64,000 nt of DNA, taken from an uncultured Candidatus Binatia bacterium (lineage in GTDB: Bacteria > Desulfobacterota > Binatia > UBA9968 > JAJDTQ01). The notes under the pieces are model-generated. The model had not been told where the DNA came from and made no database searches. It was given only the letters and a program-made list of their open reading frames with translations. Every line of letters starts with the position of its first letter. Within the stretch, counting starts at the first letter, position 1. Of the stretch, positions 30,460 to 38,753 are shown one piece after another. The translations under genes were made by a program, and so were the position numbers. The DNA is taken from assembly GCA_965242525.1 (NCBI GenBank), contig OZ251459.1:1664001-1728000 (forward strand), in the 5' to 3' direction.

Positions 30460-32484
30460 ATGAAGATCCTGTTCGTCAACCCCCGCTTCCCGAACTCGCT
30501 GTGGCGCCTGACGGGCATTACCGACATCCTGCCCCAGCGCTGCGCGCAGACGCCGTTGGGACTGCTCACCGTGGCGGCGCTGACGCCGCCCGACTTCGAC
30601 GTGGAGCTCCAGGACGAGAACGTCCGGCCCCTGGAGACGGAAACGGACGCCGACGTGGTGGCCATCTCGTGCTGGAACATCCAGTACGCCCGGGCCCGGG
30701 AGCTGGCGCAAGGTTTCCGGGAACAGGGGAAGACCGTGGTGGTGGGAGGCCCGTACCCGTCCCTGTGCCCGGAACGCTTCACCGACGGGCTCTTCGACGT
30801 GGTCTTCGACGGCGAGGTGGAGATCACTTGGCCGCAGTTCTGCGACGACCTCCGGTCGGGGAGCTACCAGCCCCTCTACAAGCAGGAGGGCAACATCGAC
30901 ATCACCCTCTCGCCGGTGCCGAGGCTGGACCTGGCGTCCCGGGACGACTACCTCTACTACTTCCTGCAGACCACCCGGGGCTGCCCCTTCAAGTGCGAGT
31001 TCTGCGACATCATCATCACCGACGGGCGCGTGCCCCGGACCAAGAGCGTGGAGCAGGTCCTGACGGAGATCCAGACGGTGGCGTCGGTGGGCGGGGCGCA
31101 CATCAGCTTCTCGGACGCCAACCTCATCGGCAACATGCGCTACGCCGAGGAGTTGCTGACCGCGGTGGCGGACTTCGGGCGCGCCAACGGCTACCCCATC
31201 AACTTCTCGGGAGAGATGACCATCAACGTGGCGGAGAAGCCGCAACTGCTCCGGTTGATGCACGACGCCAACTTCACCAGCGTCTTCCTGGGCATCGAGT
31301 CGCCCCGGGTGGCGAGCCTCACCGAGACCCAGAAGCGGCAGAACACGCACCGGCCGCTGATGGAGAGCATCCGCAGGATCCAGTCCCACAACATGGCGAT
31401 CCTGGCCGGCATGATCGTGGGCTTCGACAACGACGACACGCACATCTTCCGGGAACAGTTCGACTTCCTCCAGGAGGCCGGCATCGCCTTCACCACCAGC
31501 GGCGTGCTCACCGCCATCGAGAAGACGCCCCTCTACCACCGCATGGAGAAGGAGAACCGGCTGATCCCGTACGACTCCGCCCAGATGCGGGGGCACGGTT
31601 CCGCGGACCTGAACTTCGTCCCCAAGCTGATGACCGTGGAAGAGGTGCAGCAGGGTTACAACTGGCTGATCCGCAGCCTCTACAAGTACGAGAACTACGG
31701 CGCCCGGCTGGCCACGGGAGTCCGGCAGTTCCGCCCGGAGTACCAGCGCCAGGGCCGGGGCCGCGTGGACCGGGAGATCCTCGGGGTGCTGGCCAAGACC
31801 ATCCGCCACTACGTGTTCACCACCGACCGCGTGCGGCGCCGCTTCTTCCTGAAGACCCTCCGGCAGATCCTGTGGCCCCGTCCCTCGTTCGAGAAGCTGG
31901 ACTACGCCGTCAGCTACATGATCTCCGAGAAGCACTTCCACGACTACGTGGAGAAGACCCACGGGGACCCGGAGACCGTAGCCGCGGCCCCCTTTGCGGA
32001 GAGCGCCGCGGTGGAGCACTCCTGGGGCGAGTTGAGCAAGGAGTACCTGAGGAAGCTCAAACGCGAACTCTACCCCGGCGCCCAGCGCTGGCGGTGGATG
32101 CGGCGCCGGTTGCGCAACGCGGTGGCGGTGCCGGAAGCGTTCCTGAAGGACCGGGTGGGGCAGCGGTTGAGCCACTTCCTGTCCGAACTGGACATCGACG
32201 TGGTGCCGGTGGCGAGCGCGGCCCTCGCGCGCATCCAGGACAGGGCCGACGTGCTGGTGCTGCCCATCCTCAACAAGGTGCTGCAGGGGCGCGAAGAGCT
32301 GCAACAGATGGTGGAGCGCCTGAACGAGGAGTCCCGGCGGGAGCTCAAGCGCTTCCCCAGGGTGGTCCACTTTCCCATGGACCAGGGGGACGGCGCGGCC
32401 CTGGAAGCCTTCGCCCGCATCGGCCTGCTGTACACGAGCCGGGTGGAACGGTTGCAGCGGGCCTACGTCAACGCCATGCAATGA
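30460..32484 (+). CDS. B12-binding radical SAM protein with extended C-terminus
   Basis: PLGLLTVAALTP, VVGGPY, RGCPFKCEFC, GIES, IVGFDND; GAGGAG RBS. Confidence 0.9.
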   Translation: MKILFVNPRFPNSLWRLTGITDILPQRCAQTPLGLLTVAALTPPDFDVELQDENVRPLETETDADVVAISCWNIQYARARELAQGFREQGKTVVVGGPYPSLCPERFTDGLFDVVFDGEVEITWPQFCDDLRSGSYQPLYKQEGNIDITLSPVPRLDLASRDDYLYYFLQTTRGCPFKCEFCDIIITDGRVPRTKSVEQVLTEIQTVASVGGAHISFSDANLIGNMRYAEELLTAVADFGRANGYPINFSGEMTINVAEKPQLLRLMHDANFTSVFLGIESPRVASLTETQKRQNTHRPLMESIRRIQSHNMAILAGMIVGFDNDDTHIFREQFDFLQEAGIAFTTSGVLTAIEKTPLYHRMEKENRLIPYDSAQMRGHGSADLNFVPKLMTVEEVQQGYNWLIRSLYKYENYGARLATGVRQFRPEYQRQGRGRVDREILGVLAKTIRHYVFTTDRVRRRFFLKTLRQILWPRPSFEKLDYAVSYMISEKHFHDYVEKTHGDPETVAAAPFAESAAVEHSWGELSKEYLRKLKRELYPGAQRWRWMRRRLRNAVAVPEAFLKDRVGQRLSHFLSELDIDVVPVASAALARIQDRADVLVLPILNKVLQGREELQQMVERLNEESRRELKRFPRVVHFPMDQGDGAALEAFARIGLLYTSRVERLQRAYVNAMQ

Positions 32485-32599
32485 GCGCGCGCGTCAGCGG
32501 AGCGCGCGCGACCGCCTCCTGATCCGCGGGAGCCGCCCGCTTCCTTCCGTTCCCCATCTCCCTCCGGAGCGAAACCGCGGAGGCCCGCGCCGCGGCGGT

Positions 32600-34372
32600 T
32601 CAGCGCGGGTCGGAGACCACGTCCACCAAGGCCGGCAGCCGCTGCTCCTTCACCACCTTGCAGGCCCGCTCCAGGGCCGGCCCCAGCTCCGCGGGGTTGC
32701 GGATGGGCCCTTCGCCCCAGACCCCGAAGCACTCGGCCATCTTGGCGTAATCCACCAGCGGGTCGCTCACGTGGGTGCCGATGCCGGCGTTCTCCACCGG
32801 CCGGCCGCGGAACTCCGCCAGCTTGATGGCGTGCTCTTCCGAGTTGTAGAAGGAGTGGTTGTTGTGGATGACGATCAGCAGCGGGATCTTGTGGTGCGCC
32901 GCGGTCCACAGGGCGCTGGAGGTCATCAGCAGGTCCCCGTCCGCCTGGATATCCACGCAGAACTTGTCCGTGCCCATGTGGCCCAGGGCCACGCCGATGG
33001 CCGCGCTCATGCCGTAGCCCACGCCGGCCCCGCCGCTCCGGCCCAGGTACTGGCCCGGCTTGGTCCAGTCCCACAGCTTCCTCGCCCACCCGTTGGCGCT
33101 GCCGTTGGCCAGCACCCAGTCCTCCCGCTTGATGGCCTCGCCCAACTCGTAGGCCAGGCACGCGGTGGAGACGTCGCTCCGGGTGAGGGTCGCCCGGGCC
33201 TGTTCCAGCCACCGCGCCCGGGCCCCGTCGTGGGCCGCCCGGGCTTCCTTCCTGCGGGCCTCCACCGCGGGGCTGCCCCCGTCGCCCATGAGCTCCCGGC
33301 ACAGCCGGGTGAGCTCGGGCAGGGCGATGGCCGTATCGGCGCTGATGGGCACGTCCACCGGCTGCAGCGGCTGCACGTCCGTGGCCCAACTGTGCACCAG
33401 CATGTCGTTCAGGTGGATGTGGATGATCCGGGCGTCGGGCCGGATGACGTAGCCCATCTCCCGGGTGGTGCGGTCCACGCTGGTCAGCGAGCCGTAGAGG
33501 TCCTGCACGTCCAGGGCCAGCACCACGTCCGCCTTCTTCAGGAACTCGTCGGACACGTTGGTCACGTCCAGCGGATGGGTGTTGGCGATGTTGTGGCGGT
33601 TGCCCTTGTCGATGACCGGGATGGCCAGGGTCTCCGCCAACTCGGCCAGGGCCGCCACCGCGGCCGGCTTGCGCCCGAGGAAGTCCGCGATGACCAGGGG
33701 GGACCGGGCTTCCACCAGGAGCTTCGCCGCCCGGCGCATGGCTTCCGGGTCCCCCTGCACCGGCGCCTGGGGAGCGAACCGGCCCACGTCCGGGATCTCC
33801 ACCTGCCGGGTCATGGCCATCTCCTGGAGGCCGGCGTCGTAGTTGATATAGACCGGCGCCGTGGGCTCGGTGACGGCCAACCGGTACCCGCGGATGAACG
33901 ACTCCGGGATGCTCTCCACCGCGGCCGGCTGGTCGTCCCACTTGACGTAGTCCCGCACCTGGTTCCCCTGCACCAGCGCGGTATGGATCCAGTCGATCCA
34001 GGGGCGGCGGATGGTGGTGTCCACCGGGCCGGTGCCGCCCAGGCAGATGACCGGGACCCGGTCGCACCACGCGTTGAAGATGCCCATGCTGCCGTGCTGG
34101 AGGCCCACCACGTCGTGCAGGATCGCCACCATGGGCTTGCCCGTGGCCTTGGCGTAGCCGTGGGATATGGCCACCGAGATCTCCTCGTGGCAGCAGAAGA
34201 TCACCTCCGGGTGGTGGTTGCCGCCGTAGTTCACGATGGAGTCGTGGATGCCGCGGAAGCTCGCCCCCGGGTTGAAGGCCGTGTATTCGATGTCGAACGC
34301 CTTGAGCATGTCCACCACCACGTCCGAGCCGTACTCCGCCTGCTTCCTCTCCGTTCTGCCTGCCTGTGCCAT
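32600..34372 (-). CDS. Thiamine pyrophosphate-binding enzyme (acetolactate synthase/benzoylformate decarboxylase-like)
   Basis: NPGASFRG, HEEISVAISHGYAK, ADGD...NN TPP motif. Confidence 0.9.
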   Translation of the reverse strand: MAQAGRTERKQAEYGSDVVVDMLKAFDIEYTAFNPGASFRGIHDSIVNYGGNHHPEVIFCCHEEISVAISHGYAKATGKPMVAILHDVVGLQHGSMGIFNAWCDRVPVICLGGTGPVDTTIRRPWIDWIHTALVQGNQVRDYVKWDDQPAAVESIPESFIRGYRLAVTEPTAPVYINYDAGLQEMAMTRQVEIPDVGRFAPQAPVQGDPEAMRRAAKLLVEARSPLVIADFLGRKPAAVAALAELAETLAIPVIDKGNRHNIANTHPLDVTNVSDEFLKKADVVLALDVQDLYGSLTSVDRTTREMGYVIRPDARIIHIHLNDMLVHSWATDVQPLQPVDVPISADTAIALPELTRLCRELMGDGGSPAVEARRKEARAAHDGARARWLEQARATLTRSDVSTACLAYELGEAIKREDWVLANGSANGWARKLWDWTKPGQYLGRSGGAGVGYGMSAAIGVALGHMGTDKFCVDIQADGDLLMTSSALWTAAHHKIPLLIVIHNNHSFYNSEEHAIKLAEFRGRPVENAGIGTHVSDPLVDYAKMAECFGVWGEGPIRNPAELGPALERACKVVKEQRLPALVDVVSDPR

Positions 34373-34636
34373 GTGTCCTCCCCTCGTTGCGTGTTCGCCG
34401 CCTTGCGGCGCGTTTCCCGCGGCACGATCTCCCTCTCCGGCTCCCCTTACTTGGCCCCTCGGGAGGCCGCGCCCGACGCAGCAAAGCCATAGCCCCTTTG
34501 CCGCGCCTGCGTCAACCCGGCCATCTCCTCCGGGCCGCGGCGCGGCCGACCCGTTCCCGGCCCGGTTTGACACCCCGGCCCGCGTTCGGCTACTAGTGGC
34601 GGACACGAACCGCATCCCCTCGAACGGAGCCACACC

Positions 34637-35563
34637 ACGAAGATCGGCGTTTTCCTGCCCATCTCGGGACGCGCCGCCGGTCCCGATACCCTGCGCCAGG
34701 CGGCCCGGAGCGCGGAAGCCTGGGGCTTCGACTCCGTGTGGGCCGCGGACCGCGTGGTCATCCCCTGGCGCATCGACACCCCGTACCCTTACGGCCCGGA
34801 CGAGTCGTTCATCGTGCCCCCGGACCGCCCCTTCCTGGATTCCCTGAGCTGTCTCACGTTCCTCGCCGCGTGCACCGAGCGCGTGGAGCTGGGCATCAGC
34901 GTCCTGGTGCTGCCCTACCGCCAACCGCTGGTGTGGGCCAAGGCCGCGGCCACCCTCGACTGCCTCTCCCGGGGCCGGTTCGTCCTGGGCGTGGGCGTGG
35001 GATGGATGGAGGAGGAGTTCCGCGCCCTCGGGGCGCCGTTCCGGGACCGGGGCCGCATGACCGACGAGCAGCTCCGGGTGCTGAAGGAGCTCTGGAGCGC
35101 CGAGCGCGCGAGCTTCTCGGGAGAGTTCTACGAGTTCGAGGACGTGGCCTTCCTGCCCAAGCCGTACCGGGCCGGCGGCATCCCCGTCTGGGTGGGCGGC
35201 GAGGGCGCACGCGCCCAGAGGCGCGCCGGGCGCTACGGGGACGCGTGGTTCCCCTACTTCGTGCGCATCGAGCCGGACGAGCTCGCCGCACGGTTCGACA
35301 ACGTGCGGCGCTGCGCCGCGGCCGCGGGAAGGTCCCCGGACGGCGTGCGCTTGCACTGCTGCCTCCCCGTCCACGTCACCGAAGGTCCCGCGCCCCAGGA
35401 GCCGGACCGTCTGGCCGGGACCCCCGCCCAGCTCGTGGAAGCGGTCGGGCGCTACCGGGACGCGGGAGTGGAGCACCTCGCGCTCCAGTTCATGGTCCCG
35501 CGCTGGCCCGACCGGCTCGCGCAGATGCAGCGGTTCGCCGAAGAGACCCTGCCGCACCTCTGA
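34637..35563 (+). CDS. LLM class (probably F420-dependent) oxidoreductase, apparent ACG start
   Basis: (T/M)KIGVFLP, GFDSVWAADR, TERVELG, LSRGRFVLGVGVGWMEEEF, WVGG; GGAG 7 nt upstream of the ACG. Confidence 0.85.
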   Translation, partial: TKIGVFLPISGRAAGPDTLRQAARSAEAWGFDSVWAADRVVIPWRIDTPYPYGPDESFIVPPDRPFLDSLSCLTFLAACTERVELGISVLVLPYRQPLVWAKAAATLDCLSRGRFVLGVGVGWMEEEFRALGAPFRDRGRMTDEQLRVLKELWSAERASFSGEFYEFEDVAFLPKPYRAGGIPVWVGGEGARAQRRAGRYGDAWFPYFVRIEPDELAARFDNVRRCAAAAGRSPDGVRLHCCLPVHVTEGPAPQEPDRLAGTPAQLVEAVGRYRDAGVEHLALQFMVPRWPDRLAQMQRFAEETLPHL

Positions 35564-35574
35564 ACCCCGGTCCC

Positions 35575-36846
35575 ATGCCTCGCCGCCCTTTCTTCTACGG
35601 CTACGTCATCGTCGCCATCTGCTTCTTCAACATGGTGCTGATGCGGGGGATCCTGGCCTCGTTCAGCGTCTTCTACATCGCGCTGCTGGAGACCTTCGGG
35701 TGGTCCCGCGCCGCCACCGGGAGCATCGCTTCGGTGAACGGCTTCTTCTACAGCGCCTCCGCGCCGCTGGTGGGCTGGGCGTTCGACCGTCTCGGACCGC
35801 GCATCCTCATGCCCTTCGGAGCCCTCCTCATCGGCTGCGGCCTGCTGCTCTTGGGGGTGAGCACGTCCCTTTGGCAGTTCTACCTCTTCTACGGCCTGCT
35901 GGTGGGGTTCGGCATCGGCTGCATCGGCTTCGTCAGCAACACCGCCCTGCTCTCCCAATGGTTCCGGCGCGGGCGGGGAAGGGCCATGGGCTTCGCCACC
36001 ATGGGACTGGGCTTCGGCATCCTGGTGGTGCCCGTGGTCCAGGCCCTCATCACCCGCTACGGCTGGCGCGCCGCGGTCATGCTGCTGGGGGCGGTGGTGC
36101 TGGCGACGCTGGCGCCCCTGAACGCAGTGTTCCAGAGGCGCCGGCCCGAAGACGTGGGACAGCTTCCGGACGGCGACTCCATGGACGCCGCGCCGGCCGC
36201 AGCCGACGCCGGCCCGGAAAGACCCCCCGCCCCCCGCCATGACTGGACCCTCCGGGAGGCGTTCCGGTCGTTCCCGTTCTGGGCCATCGCCCTGGGCCAT
36301 CTGGTCCTGGGCACCGGCCTGTCGCTGATGTACACCTACGCGGTGGCGCACCTGGTCCACGCCGGGTTGACGAAACAGGCGGCCGCCAACGCCTTCAGCC
36401 TCGTGGGGGTGGCGCGGATTCCGGGCACCGCGGTCTCGGGAGTCGCCTCGGACCGCCTGGGGCGCGACCACGCCTACCTCCTCGGCACGCTGTTGACCCT
36501 GGCCGGCATCGGGGTGCTCATGGTCCTGGGCCCGGACTCTCCCGGCTGGTGGTTCGCCGCCTTCGCCCTGCTCTACGGCGTGGGGCACAGCGCCGGCAAC
36601 CCGACCTTCGGCGCCACCATCACCGACATCTTCGGCGGCAGGAACGTGGGAAAGATCATCGGGTTCCTGGAGGTCACCTTCGGCCTCGGAGTGGCGGCAG
36701 GATCCGCCTTCGGCGGCTTGTCCTTCGACATCACCGGGTCCTACCGGCACGCCTGGGTGGTGGGACTGGCGGCCTTCACCCTCGCCTACCTGAGCATCCG
36801 GGCCAGCATGATATGGAAACGGCGCGTCGGCGCCGAGACCCGCTGA
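35575..36846 (+). CDS. MFS transporter
   Basis: GWAFDRLGPR and SDRLGR motifs; about 12 hydrophobic segments. Confidence 0.92.
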   Translation: MPRRPFFYGYVIVAICFFNMVLMRGILASFSVFYIALLETFGWSRAATGSIASVNGFFYSASAPLVGWAFDRLGPRILMPFGALLIGCGLLLLGVSTSLWQFYLFYGLLVGFGIGCIGFVSNTALLSQWFRRGRGRAMGFATMGLGFGILVVPVVQALITRYGWRAAVMLLGAVVLATLAPLNAVFQRRRPEDVGQLPDGDSMDAAPAAADAGPERPPAPRHDWTLREAFRSFPFWAIALGHLVLGTGLSLMYTYAVAHLVHAGLTKQAAANAFSLVGVARIPGTAVSGVASDRLGRDHAYLLGTLLTLAGIGVLMVLGPDSPGWWFAAFALLYGVGHSAGNPTFGATITDIFGGRNVGKIIGFLEVTFGLGVAAGSAFGGLSFDITGSYRHAWVVGLAAFTLAYLSIRASMIWKRRVGAETR

Positions 36847-36888
36847 AGGACGGAAGGGAGGATGGCCTCGAGTCCTGGGAGCGGCTGG

Positions 36889-36917
36889 TTGACACCCCAT
36901 CCCTCATTCGCTAACCT
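36889..36917 (+). promoter_or_regulatory. Sigma70-type promoter
   Basis: TTGACA-17 nt-TAACCT. Confidence 0.7.
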
Positions 36918-36925
36918 TGCCCGGG

Positions 36926-37075
36926 TCCGTTCGCTGAGAGAGTGTCCTGTCCGACGAATCCCGGTGCAGAGTTGCGCGAGAGTTCCCCGTGGTCGGTGTT
37001 TTACGACGACGTGCTCTCGACGCGCGCAGCCCGGATCGGCGTTCAGGGCGCGCACACGGGTCGTCAGCGGACGGA
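36926..37075 (+). ncRNA. Candidate rod-shaped structured RNA / long 5' leader of the ubiD-family gene
   Basis: Nested pairings TCCGTTCGCTGA/TCAGCGGACGGA, GTGTCCTG/CAGGGCGC, GTTGCGCG/CGCGCAGC, CGAGAG/CTCTCG, just after the promoter. Confidence 0.45.
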
Positions 37076-37108
37076 AACCAACCGCAAATCCAACGAGAGA
37101 GGTAGAAA

Positions 37109-38677
37109 ATGGCCAAAGCAGCAAAGAAGGCTCCGGCTGAGCAGATCCACGACCTGCGGAACGCATTGGAGTGGCTCAAAGCCGAAGGGGACCTGATCGA
37201 GACCGACAAGGAAGTGGATCCCGACCTGGAGATCACCGCGATCCAGAAGAACCTGGACGGCGGTTGCCCGATCCTGTTCCACAACGTCAAGGGCAAGCCG
37301 CATCACCGGGCGGTGACCAACCTGTTCGGGGACATGGGCGTGATCAACAAGATGTTCGGCTGGGCGGACCACACGGACCGCACGCGCAAGCTGGCCGACG
37401 CCATCGTCCACCAGATCCCGCCGATGGAGGTGGGCTCCGATGAGGCGCCGGTCCACGAGGAGGTCATCACGGACCCCAAGGACGTGAACGAGTTCATGCT
37501 CCCCATCCGGCATACGGAGTACGAGCCGGAGTTGACGGTGGGCTCGGGCAACCGGCTGATCTCCGGCGAGTATTTCGACGGCGGCACCGACCTGGGCTAC
37601 AACCGCATGAACTTCCGCTGGGGCAACGTGGGCACGTTCCAGATCTCGCCCGGGTCGCACATGTGGCAGGTGGTGTCCAAATACTACAAGGCCGACAAGC
37701 CCGTTCCCATCACCATGTGCTTCGGGGTGCCGCCGTCCTGCACGCTGCTGGCCGGGGCCGGCTTCGACTACGTGGTGCTGCCCCAGGGCTGCGACGAGCT
37801 GGGGGTGGCCGGCGCGGTGCAGGGCGCGCCGGTGCGCGTGGTCAAGGCCAAGACCGTGGACGCCCTGGCCCTGGCGGACTGCGAGGTGGTGCTGGAGGGT
37901 TACGTGAACCCCCGGGACCGGCGTTACGAGACCGAGGAATCCGAGAAGGCCGACATCCAGGGGCGTTTCCACTTCCACCCGGAGTGGGCCGGCTACATGG
38001 GCAAGGCCTACAAGGCGCCTACCTTCCACGTCACCGCGGTGACCACGAGAAGGCGCGAGGGCAAGCCCATCATCTTCCCCCTGGGGGTCCACACCCTGGA
38101 CGACCACAACATCGACACCACCGTGCGCGAGGCCTGCATGTACCTGCTGTGCGAACGCATGCAGCCCGGCATCATCCAGGACGTGAACATCCCCTACTGC
38201 ATGACCGACTGGGGCGGCGCCATCATCCAGGTGAAGAAGCGCAACCGCATCGAGGAAGGCTGGCAGCGGAACTTCATGTCCGCCATCCTCTCCACCTCCC
38301 AGGGCTCCCGTCTGGTGGTGGCCGCCAGCGAGGACACCGACATCTACGACATGGACGACATCATGTGGTGCCTGACCACACGGGTGAACCCCAAGACGGA
38401 CATCCTCAACCCCATCCCCGGAGGGCGCGGACAGACCTTCATGCCGGCCGAGCGCATGACCGCGGGCGACCGCCAGTGGACCGCCTCCAACACCGTGTTC
38501 GAGGGCGGCATGGGCATCGACGCCACCGTGCCGTTCGGTTACGAGAGCGACTTCCTCCGTCCGGTCTATGCGGTGGAGAAGGTGGACCTCAAGAACTTCT
38601 TCACCGACAAGGACATCGCCAACGCCAAGTCCCGCATGCACGGCTGGGTCCACTCCCTGGCCCGCACCGGTCGATGA
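37109..38677 (+). CDS. UbiD family (de)carboxylase
   Basis: DLRNALEWL, EVDPDLEI, VTNLFG, CEVVLEG, PEWAGY, TRVNP, MGIDATVP. Confidence 0.9.
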   Translation: MAKAAKKAPAEQIHDLRNALEWLKAEGDLIETDKEVDPDLEITAIQKNLDGGCPILFHNVKGKPHHRAVTNLFGDMGVINKMFGWADHTDRTRKLADAIVHQIPPMEVGSDEAPVHEEVITDPKDVNEFMLPIRHTEYEPELTVGSGNRLISGEYFDGGTDLGYNRMNFRWGNVGTFQISPGSHMWQVVSKYYKADKPVPITMCFGVPPSCTLLAGAGFDYVVLPQGCDELGVAGAVQGAPVRVVKAKTVDALALADCEVVLEGYVNPRDRRYETEESEKADIQGRFHFHPEWAGYMGKAYKAPTFHVTAVTTRRREGKPIIFPLGVHTLDDHNIDTTVREACMYLLCERMQPGIIQDVNIPYCMTDWGGAIIQVKKRNRIEEGWQRNFMSAILSTSQGSRLVVAASEDTDIYDMDDIMWCLTTRVNPKTDILNPIPGGRGQTFMPAERMTAGDRQWTASNTVFEGGMGIDATVPFGYESDFLRPVYAVEKVDLKNFFTDKDIANAKSRMHGWVHSLARTGR

Positions 38678-38692
38678 CCCGCACCGGCTATG

Positions 38693-38725
38693 AAGAGGCG
38701 GCCTTTTCCGAGGCCGCCTCTTTTT
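38693..38725 (+). terminator. Rho-independent terminator
   Basis: AAGAGGCGGCC...GGCCGCCTCTTTTT. Confidence 0.8.
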
Positions 38726-38753
38726 GCGCCCACCGCTGCGCCGGCTCCGCCGC

